A DNA stretch of 63,864 bases, counting the filler, from Octopus bimaculoides (taxonomy: Eukaryota): assembly GCF_001194135.2 (NCBI RefSeq). It is 7 parts of 7 records of this genome, joined end to end, with 100 filler letters (N's around TTAATTAATTAA, not from the genome) between each part and the next. Parts side by side here need not be neighbours in the genome. Positions count along the whole stretch, not along the records: positions 30,139 to 40,350 come from NC_068989.1; positions 40,451 to 58,712 come from NC_068999.1; 5 more parts are not named here. One strand, 5' to 3'. The position numbers and the translations under genes were made by a program. This document shows positions 33,741 through 45,187 of the stretch, piece by piece (the first letter of the stretch is position 1; every line of letters starts with the position of its first letter). Below the pieces are notes generated by a model. It was given only the letters and a program-made list of their open reading frames with translations. It did no database searches and had not been told where the DNA came from.

Positions 33741-36674
33741 TCAAAAACGAGTGAAGATGGTGTTGAAATCCATCCTGAATGCCAAAAGTTTGATAACCGC
33801 AATGAATATCTGGGCATTCGCGGTGGTCAGATATAGTGGCGCCTATACTCAAATGGACTAAGGTGGAAATATCAGCACTGGATAGGACAAGAAAGTTGAT
33901 GACGCTGCATGAGGTGCTACACCCTAAAGGACACGTAAACAGACCGTATATGAAAAGAAAGAATTATGGCAGAGGACTAATTAGTATAGACCATTGTATA
34001 GGGAATGAAAGGAGAACGCTTGCCGAGTATTTGATAAATAGTGATGAAGTCATGCTGCAATATGCTGTGAAAGATATGAGGGTAAATGCAGATGAAATGA
34101 AGAGCAAGGAAGAGTTTAACCAAAGAGCTTAGGAGGAAAGAAAAGAAGACCTAAGATGCTAAAAAGAACTGGATGTGCATACAACTATTATGGCAAAGCA
34201 ATCAGCCACCTCTTATATATGGATGATCTAAAACTGTACGCTACAAATGATAAACAGCTGGAAACATTACCACAGACAGTATATGGATTTACCAAAGAAA
34301 CAAACACGAAATTTGGCTTAGAAAAATGTGTCAAAGCAGCCTTGAAAATAGGAAAACTAGATAAAGCAAATGAAATAAGAAGATTAGACCAAAGCCAGAC
34401 ATACAAATACTTGTGAATCAATGACCTAGATACGATACAACACACACAAATGAAAGAGAAAATTAAAAAAAGAATACTATATACTAGTTAGATTAATACT
34501 GAAAACATAGCTCAATGCGAAAAACAAGATAATAGGTTTCAACACTCTACTCGTCTGTGTTATGAGTTATAGTGACAATATCCTTAACTGGACACTAAAT
34601 GAACTAATCAAAATAGACAGGAAAACAAGAAAAATAATGACAGGATTTAGGACGCACCACCCAAAATCTGACATAGAAAAATTATATGTACAACGTGTAG
34701 AAAGGTATTATAGGCCTTATACAACTAGAAAACTATTACAAAATGACCACCATAGGACTACAAGCATACCTACTTCAGAAGCAAAGAATGCTAGTACAAA
34801 TAGCCATAAAACATGAATATGACAAAAAACTATTTTCAGTCTTTAAGGAAGCTGACAACTATGAAGAAAAAGAAGAAACAACAAAAGCTGTAAAACAAGT
34901 GAAATCGAAACAAAAACTGGAACAGCAACGGATCATGATAAAACAATGGCAAGAAAAGCCCCTTCATGTCAAATACTGGGTTAAGCTAAACAGAAAAGAA
35001 ATAGACAAAGCAAAATCCCAACAATGGCTGAGAAGCCCAGGACTCAAAGCAGAGACTGAAGGATTTTTAATTGCAGCACAAGACCAAAGCCTCCCCACCA
35101 GAAATTATCAGAAGCATATAATGAAAAGACACATAACAAGTAACTGCAGAATATGTGGAGATTGAGAAGAAACAATAAATCATATTGTCTCTGGCTGCCC
35201 AGTCTTGGCTAAGAAGGAATATATTCACAGAGACGACACAGTTGAGAGCTATATACACTGGAATCTATGCCAACACTATGGAATAACAACAGAAAAAATA
35301 TGGTATTGGCACACACCAGAAAAGGTCACAGAAAATGGGAAAGCAACCATAGTATGGGGTATGCCAATACATACAGATATACAAATAGAAAAATTAAGGC
35401 CAATAGGCCAGATATAGTTGTCAGAGATCATCAAGAAAAAAATGCTTTCTAATTGAGGTCTCAATACCAACAGATGACAACGTTTCTCTAAAAGAAATGG
35501 AGAAACTTTCGAAAGACGAAGACCTGGAAAAAGCGCTAACTCGAATGTGGAGTCTAAAAACCAGAAGCAATTCCTATCATAATAGGCACATTAGGTGTGG
35601 TAAAAACATGTTCAGACAAATACGTAACAAAAACACAGGACTAACAAATATATATAACATAGAGAAAATAGCACTACTAGGCACCGCAAAACTCGTTCAA
35701 TACAGTAACTATAAGAGCATCACAACAAACCACAGCACATATCCAAGGCACACAGAGCTGCGCTCAGTACTGCAGTAAAAGCACGTGATAAGAATAAGAC
35801 TACTGAATGATAATAATAAAGAGACTACACAATCAATTCCATGTAGCCACAACAGAAGTTGCTGGAAAAAATAAGATTGGCTGATGAAAGGAGCTCTAAA
35901 AAAAGAAACCGAGAGCACTATACTGGCAGCTCAAGACCAAGCTTTGGCCACGAACTGGAGCATCAACCTTAAGAATGAGCAAGTGTCTCCGATGTGCTGC
36001 ATCTGCAACAGAGTGGATGAAACCATTGCCCATATCACGAACGAATGCCCTAGACTTGCCCGAAACCATTACCAGGTGTGGCGACACGACCAGGTAGCGA
36101 AAGTGCTACATTGGAAACTGTGCGAAAAGTGGGGGCTAGAGAGAGGCAAGACGTGTTATGAGCACAAACCGCAGAGAATGGCAGAGTCGGAAACTAGCAA
36201 AATCCTCTAGGATTTCCCAATCCAATCAGATCAGATGCTAGAGCATAACAGACCGGACCTGGTGGTGGTGGTCAAGGTGCACCGCATATTCTATATAGTT
36301 GATGTTGCGTACCCCTTTGACCTACGAATAGTGAAGAAGGATGGCGAAAAAATAGATAGATGCAGCCCTCTTAAGTACGAAATAACCTGGCTATAGAAAA
36401 TGAAGAAAGTGAAGATAGTGCCAATTATTGTTGGGTCCTCAGGAACAGTATCAGAAGGCAATCAGAAGGCATCAAGAGTAATATAAAGGAAATTGGAATA
36501 GAGTGTTCAGTACAACTGTTACAAAATGTTTGCCTCCTCGTCACGGTCAGAATAATAAGGAAAGTATTAGACAGCTGAAAAGAGCAGAAATCGTGGTACC
36601 GTAGGCTACAGGTAGTAAACCCGCTTCGCATGCAAGTTTCCAGAAAAACCTGTGATAAAGAGAAAAAAATAATA
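33741..36674 (+). mobile_element. R4/Dong-like LINE X (5'-truncated; 33741-34155 plus 35821-36674), split by element Y
   Basis: ILKWTKVEISALDR.RKLM..LHPK..GRGLISI; after the insertion RLHNQF..WLMKGALKKETESTILAAQDQAL, CCICNRVDETIAHITNEC (CCHC), NRPDLVVV..IVDVAYP (RLE); (TAA)n at the 5' side and AAAAAAATAATA at the 3' end. Confidence 0.85.
34156..35820 (+). mobile_element. R4/Dong-like LINE Y (5'-truncated) nested in X
   Basis: SHLLYMDDLKLY (YMDD 34216-34227), KFGLEKC, YKYL, HHPKSDIEKLY, WQEKPLH, LKAETEGFLIAAQDQSL, CRICG..ETINHIVSGC, RPDIVV..IEVSIP; 3' UTR ending GATAATAATAA. Confidence 0.9.
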
Positions 36675-36897
36675 GGCAACTCAGTTTCGGATGTTGGATG
36701 CCTTCCACAATAATTAATAACCAAGTATCAAAGCTTATAACGTGCGGAAAGAGACCCTGTGAGATCTCTGACAGCAAGCTACTGTCCACTTTCACAGAAT
36801 CTACCAGAATCTACCAGAGCACAATCTGCTCACTGAATCTGCCAGAGCAAACAAGTCCGGACGCTCTGAGAAGTAAAACAATAATAATAATAGTAAT

Positions 36898-37235
36898 CCT
36901 TTCTACTATAGGTACAAGGGCCTGAAATTTGGGGGAGGGGGTTTTGTCGATTACAGCGACCCCAGTGTTTCAATGGTACTTAAATTATCGACCTCGTAAG
37001 AATTAAAGGCAAAGTCAACCTCGGCAGAAATAATAATAATAACAATAATTCTCAAGGGCTGAAATTTGGAAGGAGGCAAGTAGTTGATTATATCGACTCC
37101 AGTTCTTGACTAATACTTACTCTATCGGCCCCAATAGGATGTAAAGTAAAGTCGACCTTGCCGGCATTTGAACTCAGAACGTAAAGAGCCAGAAGGAATA
37201 CTGCTAAGTATTTTGTTCGACGCAATATGACTCTC
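36898..37235 (-). mobile_element. SINE-B tandem dimer
   Basis: Two units GGGC(C)TGAAATTT..GATTA..CAG..AAAGTC(A/G)ACCT, separated by (TAA)n. Confidence 0.75.
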
Positions 37236-38334
37236 CCAGCGAACAGCCTTCTTAATGATAATAATAATAATATATTCTCTGTTTTGTATCAATATGACCC
37301 ATTTTGACGCCTAATCTGTGTTAGATAATTCGATAATTCTTGTTTCTCTCTGATTTGGGGATTTTTTTTTTTTTTGTATTTGTATTTGGATCTAAATTGT
37401 GGGTTGTATTTGAATATAGAGAATTCATCTCGATAGCAAATTTTCGTCAGTGATGATGATGATGATGATGATGATGATATATAGCATCGTATGATTTGAA
37501 ACTTTTTACCGATGGCTAATGGTGTTTTCAGTTGATATGCAAAATAATTTCTTTCACGGCTGTTCCTTATTTCCGTTAGAATATAAAATTTATTCTGATA
37601 TTAATTTTTTTATATTTCTGTTTTCTTTTTTTTTACTCTTACGTCTACGATCCTCCGCCTTATTCTGTAATTTCTTATCGGCTGCCAATCAAACTACCAC
37701 AGACAGTTACAATCGAAAATATTCAAGAGTCTCTGTACCTTATTAAGTTAGATGAGAAATATATACCTTTTTCTGAGCCAGTGCCTTGTTATATAAGCTT
37801 TCTTTCTCTCTTCTCTTTCTTCATCTACCTTGTCTTATTTCTATTTTTTTCTTTATTTTTTTGAATATATATTTTTTTAAATCTTAATCTTTATCTTTTA
37901 CCTTTCTACCTAATAAATTGTTTTATGCGCATGATATTGTTTTGTTGAGTTTTCTTTCTTACTAGCATATAAATCGGATATAATAGATATTTATTCTGAT
38001 CTTTGATAAAATCCACTATATTGAAATAACTACTAATATGTAAAGCATTAGATATTATTTCATTCATATATTACACATTCGTGAGTGTGTATATAGGTGT
38101 ATGTGTGCACGCGTGTCTGTTCATAAAAATTGTCTTTTAAGAAAATTATAAGAGGTACCGTGAACATTCCATAACAATATAAGGCACCCAGAAAGCCTTG
38201 GAAGTCATACTGCTGCGCGTGAATTTTATCTAATTTAACAGCCTATACATCACATTACATCAAGATTTTAACCTCAAGTAACTTACCCTTTACAAAAATG
38301 TGTGTGTATACATGCATGCATACATACATATATT

Positions 38335-38370
<36 letters not shown>

Positions 38371-38526
38371 NNNNNNNNNNGTTTTTTCCAGTGTTTACAA
38401 ATAACACGGAAAAAATAAATAGTTACCAGGGTAGCAAAAATTCACAAGTAACCAGGATGTAATAGCCTATTTATAAAGGTAGAAACTCCGGGTTTAGGTG
38501 AAATGTTTTGTATAATATAGATAAAT

Positions 38527-39164
38527 AAATAGAGTTAAACGCAGATGTTATTCAAATTCTTTTACTTCCAATATATTTTTCGAAGAAAATATTAGTATTA
38601 TTTTAGAAGGAATAAAATTGTGTAAAAAAAAATGCAATCTTCTCATCAGGGAAAGAAAGAAGCCAAATACATCAATTAGACATTTTAACAGAATGTGATG
38701 ACTGCGTATATGCTGAAGGGAACGCTATCACTTATAGGATTTCTACAATTCTATAAAAATTCGATTTTTGACTGCCTTCTTACATTGCACTTCCACTAAA
38801 TATATCCACTTCCATGCCTTTAAACTTTATTCTAATTCACCTATCACTCTATATCTCTCCACTATTAGCTTTCTGCTAATTTCTTTCTTTCTCTTTCTTC
38901 TCCTTCTATAAATTACCTTTGACGTTATAGCTACAAACGGTTTTTTTAAAAAAAAACTTGATAGCGTTCCCTTCATCATATACGCAGTCATCACATTTTG
39001 TTAAAATCTCTTATTGATGTGCTTGCTTTCTTTCTTTCTTTCCCTGGTGAGAAGATTGCATTGTTTTACATCATTTTATTCCTTCTGGAATAATACCAAT
39101 GTTGTCTTCGAAACATATGTCGGAAGTAAAAGAATTTGAATAACACCTGCGTTTAACTCCATTT
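38527..39164. repeat. ~205-bp inverted repeat (38527-38730 and 38959-39164), ~230-nt spacer, (TA)n on both outer sides
   Basis: GAGTTAAACGCAG.TGTTATTCAAATTCTTTTACTTCC...GATGACTGCGTATATG.TGAAGGGAACGCTATC recurs in reverse complement. Confidence 0.85.
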
Positions 39165-39249
39165 ATATATATATATACATATATATATATATACATATAT
39201 ATATACATATATATATATATATACATATATATATACATATATATATATA

Positions 39250-39385
39250 CTGTTCTATATTTTAGAGATGAGGAATTCTGTACATAATTTACATTATTTA
39301 CATTGAACGGATATGTGTCCTCATCTTGTTTGTTGTTACCACAACGTTTCGGCTGATTTACTCTACAGCTATCATCAGGTGTCCT
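39250..39385 (-). mobile_element. Inverted pLTR of a Penelope-like element
   Basis: Non-coding segment carrying a hammerhead motif, abutting the 5'-truncated PLE ORF in opposite orientation; (TA)n outside. Confidence 0.65.
39337..39385 (-). ncRNA. Minimal type-I hammerhead ribozyme (PLE type)
   Basis: Minus strand GACAC CUGAUGA UA-GCUG-UAGAGUAAAU-CAGC-C GAAAC GUU GUGGU; core intact, palindromic ACGU stem III, GUU cleavage triplet, base of stem II mismatched. Confidence 0.7.
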
Positions 39386-39394
39386 GATCAAGCT

Positions 39395-39958
39395 AAGTAA
39401 CAATCTATTAAGCAACACCTACTCAAAAAACATACTATCCACTTCAATTAGAAAGAGGAGAGAAGATGAAATCCATATACTGACCACGGCCTGTCTACCC
39501 TATGTGAAAGGCCTCTCGGAAAAGATACAAAAGATACGCAGTCCAAATGACATGAGGACAGAATTCAAGAGTAATACAACACTTCGCAAATATCTCCTTC
39601 GAGTAAAACCACAAATAGAAGATAATATGATGTGTACTCCATCCCATGCAGTTGTGATAGGTTATACAAAGGCGAAACATGTCGCCCACTCAAAATAAGG
39701 GTAGAGGAATATCGTAAACCTGTGGCGCGAGATATTGATAAATCAGGTATACCTGATCATGTATGGAAAAACAGAGATCACCTTCCTCTGTGAGATGAAG
39801 TTAAAATAATAGACAGAGAACACCACTGGAAAATACGAAAACTAAAAGACGCAGCATATATGCTAGGACTCAATAACCTCCTAAGCAGACCTAGTGCAGA
39901 TATGAATAGAATATGGGAACCGGTATTAAGGAAGGATACAAAAATATTAGGTTTATGA
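39395..39958 (+). mobile_element. Penelope-like element ORF 3' end (RT C-terminus plus GIY-YIG)
   Basis: CLPYVKGLSEKIQKI..FKSNTTLRKYLLRVKP; VYSIPCSCDRLYKGETCRPLKIRVEEY; DHVWKN; VKIIDREHHWKIRKLKDA; stop at 39956-39958. Confidence 0.85.
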
Positions 39959-39981
39959 GCCCTAAAATTCACTCTACAATT

Positions 39982-40055
39982 GCCACGGACATATAGTGGT
40001 TAAGAGTGCGGGCTACTAACCCCAAGATTCGGAGTTCAATTCCAAGCAGTGACTT
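39982..40055 (+). promoter_or_regulatory. tRNA-derived segment with Pol III A- and B-box-like motifs, followed by (TAA)n
   Basis: TAGTGGTTAAG (39994-40004), GGG-CTACTAA-CCC anticodon-like arm, GTTCAATTCC (40034-40043); acceptor and T stems do not pair, so not a functional tRNA. Confidence 0.6.
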
Positions 40056-40080
40056 GAATAAATAATAATAATAATAATAA

Positions 40081-40350
40081 TGGTTAATGGCCTCTGGATT
40101 GAAATCAGAAACAGAGGGGTTTATCATAGCAGCCCAAGATCAATGCCTACCTACAAAGAACTACCAGGCCAACATATTAAAGAACGGCAGCTCCCCATTA
40201 TGTCGTATATGCCAACAACAAAATGAGACCATCGATCATGTTGTCTCCAAAATGTGGAATCTGAAGACGAAAACAATACCTATTGTCATAGGTGCCCTGG
40301 GAATGACAGCGAAACGGGCTGATTACTACCTAGCTCAGATACCAGGAAAC
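40081..40350 (+). mobile_element. R4/Dong-like LINE Z fragment inserted in (TAA)n, with an internal deletion
   Basis: WLMASGLKSETEGFIIAAQDQCLPTKNY..CRICQQQNETIDHVVS fused directly to KMWNLKTKTIPIVIGALG (RLE core missing); ends at a gap. Confidence 0.85.
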
Positions 40351-40654
40351 NNNNNNNNNNNNNNNNNNNNNNNNNNNNNNNNNNNNNNNNNNNNTTAATT
40401 AATTAANNNNNNNNNNNNNNNNNNNNNNNNNNNNNNNNNNNNNNNNNNNNCTAACCCATACGTACACTTTTACACATACACATGCACAAACACACACATA
40501 CGCACACAGATATCATTATCACCATAATCATACAATTCCATATCATTATTATTTCGCTAGATCTATCTCCAACTCAAAACCGCTCTCCACAAACCATACA
40601 CAATCCAACATTTCCACTGTTCTGCGCAGCATTAGCAATCCCCCATGATTTCAA

Positions 40655-40955
40655 ATTCTAGCACAAGGCCAGCAATTTCAGGAGAGGGTAAGACGATGAC
40701 ATCGAACCCAGTGTTCAGTTGCTACTTATTTTATCGACCCCCGAAAGGATGAAAGGCAACGTTGACTTCAGCTGAATTTGAACTCAGACACGTTAATTCG
40801 GATGAAATGCCGCTAAGCATTTTTCCCGGCGTGCTAACGATTCAACTAAACTTACATACAATGTGGCCTGGTTACGAAAATGAGTGTCTCAAGTGATTCG
40901 ATCAACCGAACAGCTTGCTGCTCGTGAAATAAATGTGCAAATGACTGAGCACATC
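40655..40955 (-). mobile_element. SINE-B (40655-40845) plus a SINE-C fragment (40860-40955)
   Basis: GCACAAGGCCAGCAATTT..GGATGAAAGGCAAC..GGCGTGCTAACG; GATCAACCGAACAGC..CTCGTGAAAT. Confidence 0.7.
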
Positions 40956-41629
40956 ACAAACACACTACGTCACATTCCTGCTACATCACCAGCACATACT
41001 AACACAGCATATCATATCCCTAAGATGTTTTGCCGCCCTGCAAACACGTCACATTGAACCACAAACAGGCTTATACCACAAAACCTGCAAACACTTGACC
41101 GATTGAGTCGATTCATTCGACTAAAAAAATAAATTCAAGGCGGTGCTCCAGCATGACTGCACTCTAATGACTGAAACAAGTAAAAGAGTATAAAAGATAC
41201 TGTACCAACAACTACATCATACCACCAATGATGCCACTCAACCCGTGACTAACGCTCCGTACCAAACCCCTTTCATACCACGGAGACACCCTAACCCATT
41301 ACGCCACATTTTACACACTGTACCACATTACTTACATATTATGCCACGCTATTTACACACCAATCACATCTTCAATACTGTCTGCCACACCGCCATTCCA
41401 TACCAACTCCATTTCAGTAGTGGCTTTGCCAATTCTTCACCTCCATCCGCCACTTTTTTTCCCCACTCCAGTCTTCACAAGCGTACATTCTTAAGAATCA
41501 TCAACTAACTCAAGCTAAGCAACACCACTAGCATAACTGCATCACACCACCAATGCAGCATGCCATACCACAGATGCACTCCACTCCACCAGTCATATAC
41601 ACTAGTGGGGGGGGGGGAACTGGCACTCC

Positions 41630-41940
41630 ATCAGTTGCGACGGCCAAGATTCCAGTTGACCCAATCAACGGAACAGCCGGGTCCTGAAATTAACGTGCAA
41701 GTGGCTGAGCCCTTCACAGACACGTGTACCCTTAACGTAGTTCTCAGGGCGATTCAGCATGACGCAGAATGTGACAAGGTTGGCCCTTTGAATTACTGGT
41801 ACAACTCATTTTTGCCAGCTGAGTGGACTGGAGCAATGTGAAATAATGTGTCTTGCTCAAGGACACAACGCATCGCCACGAATTGGACTCATGACATTAC
41901 GATCGTGATCCGAATACCCTAACCGCTAAGCCACGCGCCT
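41630..41940 (-). mobile_element. SINE family C, near full length
   Basis: Minus strand GGCGCGTGGCTTAGCGGTTAGGG..TGAGTCCAATT..GTTGTGTCCTTGAGCAAGACAC..GCTCCAGTCCACTCAGCTGGCAAAA. Confidence 0.8.
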
Positions 41941-42102
41941 TTATTACAACACACTACTAACATACACTACAACATATACTATAAAACACCACTGATACAC
42001 GACAACATATACTGCTACTATAACATTCACTATAACACACCACTAATTACATCCCCAGACGCACTGAACAACATCACTTAACACACTATACTACAACACG
42101 GG

Positions 42103-42328
42103 GGGAGCTGGCAGAAACGTTAGCACGCCGGGTGAAATGCTGAGCGCTATTTCGTCTGCCGCTACGTTCTGAGTTCAAATTTCGCCGAGGTCGACTTTGC
42201 CTTTCATCCTTTCGGGGTCGATTAAATAAGTACCAGTTACGCACTGGGGTCGATATAATCGACTTAATCCGTATGTCTGTCCTTGTTTGTCCCCTCTGTG
42301 TGTAGCCCCTTGTAGGTAGTAAAGAAAT
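42103..42328 (+). mobile_element. SINE-B, young, near intact
   Basis: GAGCTGGCAGAAACGTTAGCACGCCGGG..TTCTGAGTTCAAATT..GAGGTCGACTTTGCCTTTCATCCTTTCGGGGTCG..GTAAAGAAAT. Confidence 0.9.
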
Positions 42329-42449
42329 TACACTAACGCATTTTCAACACACCACCACTAACACACTAACATTACATCACATCACCCAACCATACTTTAA
42401 GATGCTATACAACACAACTCACATGTTATACCACGCTATGAACACACTG

Positions 42450-42628
42450 CGTCATACCACCGGTGTCATACCACCGGCGTCATACCATAGCGTCATATCA
42501 CCGGTGTCATACCACTGACGTCATACACCGGCGTCATACCACCGACGTCATGCCACCGACGTCATACCACCGGTGTCGTACCACAGACGTCATACTACCG
42601 GTGTCGTATAACCGGCGTCATACTACCG
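42450..42628 (+). repeat. 14-bp CpG-rich minisatellite, about 13 units (consensus CGTCATACCACCGG)
   Basis: Contiguous variants such as CATACCACCGGTGT, CATACCACCGGCGT, CATACCACCGACGT. Confidence 0.9.
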
Positions 42629-42807
42629 TCCACACACTAAACATGTAATCGCATATCACCAACCACATACAGCACCTACACATACTTTTATACTATTAAC
42701 ACACATAGTGCCACGCCCATTCACCATACCACCGACCACTGCAGCCAACACATTACTTACACATCAACGCACCATCATACCACCAAAAGGTATCATTTGT
42801 GGTAAGA

Positions 42808-42929
42808 AGTTTTCTTCCTAACCACATGGTTCCGGGTTCAGTCCTATTACGTGGCACCTTGGGCAAGTACCTTTAACTATAGTCACGAGTTGACCAAACT
42901 CTTGTGAGTGGATTTGGTAAACGGAAACT

Positions 42930-43019
<90 letters not shown>

Positions 43020-43380
43020 CGTGTTTGTGTCTCTGTGTGTGCGTGTGAGTGTGTGAGTGTGTGTGTGTGTGTGNNNNNNNNNNNNNNNNNNNNNNNNNNN
43101 NNNNNNNNNNNNNNNNNNNNNNNNNNNNNNNNNNNNNNNNNNNNNNNNNNNNNNNNNNNNNNNNNNNNNNNNNNNNNNNNNNNNNNNNNNNNNNNNNNNN
43201 NNNNNNNNNNNNNNNNNNNNNNNNNNNNNNNNNNNNNNNNNNNNNNNNNNNNNNNNNNNNNNNNNNNNNNNNNNNNNNNNNNNNNNNNNNNNNNCGATTT
43301 ATTCGACTAAAAATTAAAAATCCAAAGCGGTGCTCCAGCATGGCTGCACTCTAATGACTGAAACAAGTAAAAGAGTATAA
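42808..43380 (+). mobile_element. SINE-A with internal (GATA/GACA)n and a gap; tail at 43295-43380
   Basis: Head TGTGGTAAGAAG..GGTTCAGTCC at 42818-42845; tail GCGGTGCTCCAGCATGG..GTAAAAGAG. Confidence 0.7.
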
Positions 43381-44287
43381 AAGATGCTGTACCAACAACT
43401 ACATCATTCCATTAATGATGCCGCTCAACCCGTGACTAACGCTCCGTACCAAACCCCTTTCATACCACGGAGACACCCTAACCCATTACGCCACATTTTA
43501 CACACTGTACCACATTACTTACATATTATGCCACGCAATTTACACACCAATCACATCTTCTATACTGTCTGCCACACCGCCATTCCATACCAACTCCATT
43601 TCAGTAGTGGCTTTGCCAATTCTCCACCTCGATCCGCCACTTTCTTTCTCCATTCCAGTCTTCACAAGCGTACATTCTTTGATCCCGCTACTACTCATTC
43701 ATTCATTAACACTAGCACCACCATCAACACTATCGCCACCACTACTACCACGACCATCACCACCGACAACAACATCACTACCACCACCACTACCACCAGC
43801 ACCACCATCGCCACCACCATTACAAGTACCAACAACAAACAAGGCTGCTTCCGCAGCTGTCACTACACCTCACATCCTCACCAGCACCAGCGCCACGTCT
43901 GCTGATTGCAAAAAGCATCATCTCTACAACTAAGACCGCCGCCATCACCACCACTATGATTAGCACTACTACCACCACCGCTACAATCACCAATACCACC
44001 ACCTCTACCACCAGTACCAGCAACACAACCCTCGCCACCAACCACAACGACACCACCTCGACCGTCACTGCTTCTAAAGCCAAAATTATTATCATCGCTG
44101 CTATCAAGTCTGTCGATCTTGCCAAAAATAGCAACCAAATTTCCCATCAGTTCACACGCCACACCCTTAGGAAATGACACATGTGGTCCCAGATTCCCTG
44201 TACATAGAGAAAAGTGTAGCAGGGTGGTCACTGCAGGAATGATTTTACTCATAGGTCTGTTCGCAGAGAGCTGACCTGGTGTTAAAT

Positions 44288-44327
<40 letters not shown>

Positions 44328-44719
44328 ACAACAACAACTACTATTACTACTACTGCTGCTTTCACCACTACAAACATCATCACAGACAACAACAACAGCA
44401 ACAACTAAACATAACAACAACAACAACGACAAGATGGCCACCGTAGCCGCCGCCGCCATCATCAATACAGTTACTAATACTGGTCCTAATACACCGTCAC
44501 CATCGCCAGCAGCAACAACAACAGCTAGACGGCTATCACAACCACGACCACCACAACGACCACAGCCACCACCAGTAGCAGCATCACCATCACCATCATC
44601 ATCGACATCAACACTTGTCAGCCTTGTCAGTTTGTGTTAAATAAGATCAAAGTATCATCTAAATTAACTGGTTGAGTGATGAAGAATAGAATAATTAGAG
44701 ACAGGCAAGAAATTAGATT

Positions 44720-44731
44720 GGTGGTCATCGC

Positions 44732-44768
<37 letters not shown>

Positions 44769-45126
44769 GACATCGTCATCATCATCATCATCATCATCAT
44801 CGTCGTCGTCCACATCATCATCATCATCGTCGTCGTCGTCGTCGTCATCGTTAGCAGCAAGAAGTCTGGTATTCGTCATTAATATCAGCACCAGCTGCAA
44901 CAACAACAACAACAACAGCAGCAGCAGCAACAGTAGCAGCAGTAATTGACATTATCACTGCCATCCACATTCTCAACATCATCGGATCAGCATTATTGGA
45001 TCATCATCATCATCGTCATTATCATCATCGTCGTCGTCGTCGTCGTGGACAACATCATCATCATCATCATCATCATCACCATCATCATCATCACCATCAT
45101 CATCACCATCATCATCACCATCATCC

Positions 45127-45187
<61 letters not shown>

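Larger units (their letters stand above)
41109..43679 (+). repeat. ~385-bp direct duplication (41109-41492 and 43295-43679): SINE-A tail plus flanking sequence
   Basis: Colinear from CGATT.ATTCGACTAAAAA to CAAGCGTACATTCTT, with scattered substitutions. Confidence 0.9.

Noticed and set aside
42450-42628. Short regular repeats suggestive of a CRISPR array (also 955-1312)
   Set aside because: The units are contiguous with no unique spacers, there are no cas genes, and the context is eukaryotic.
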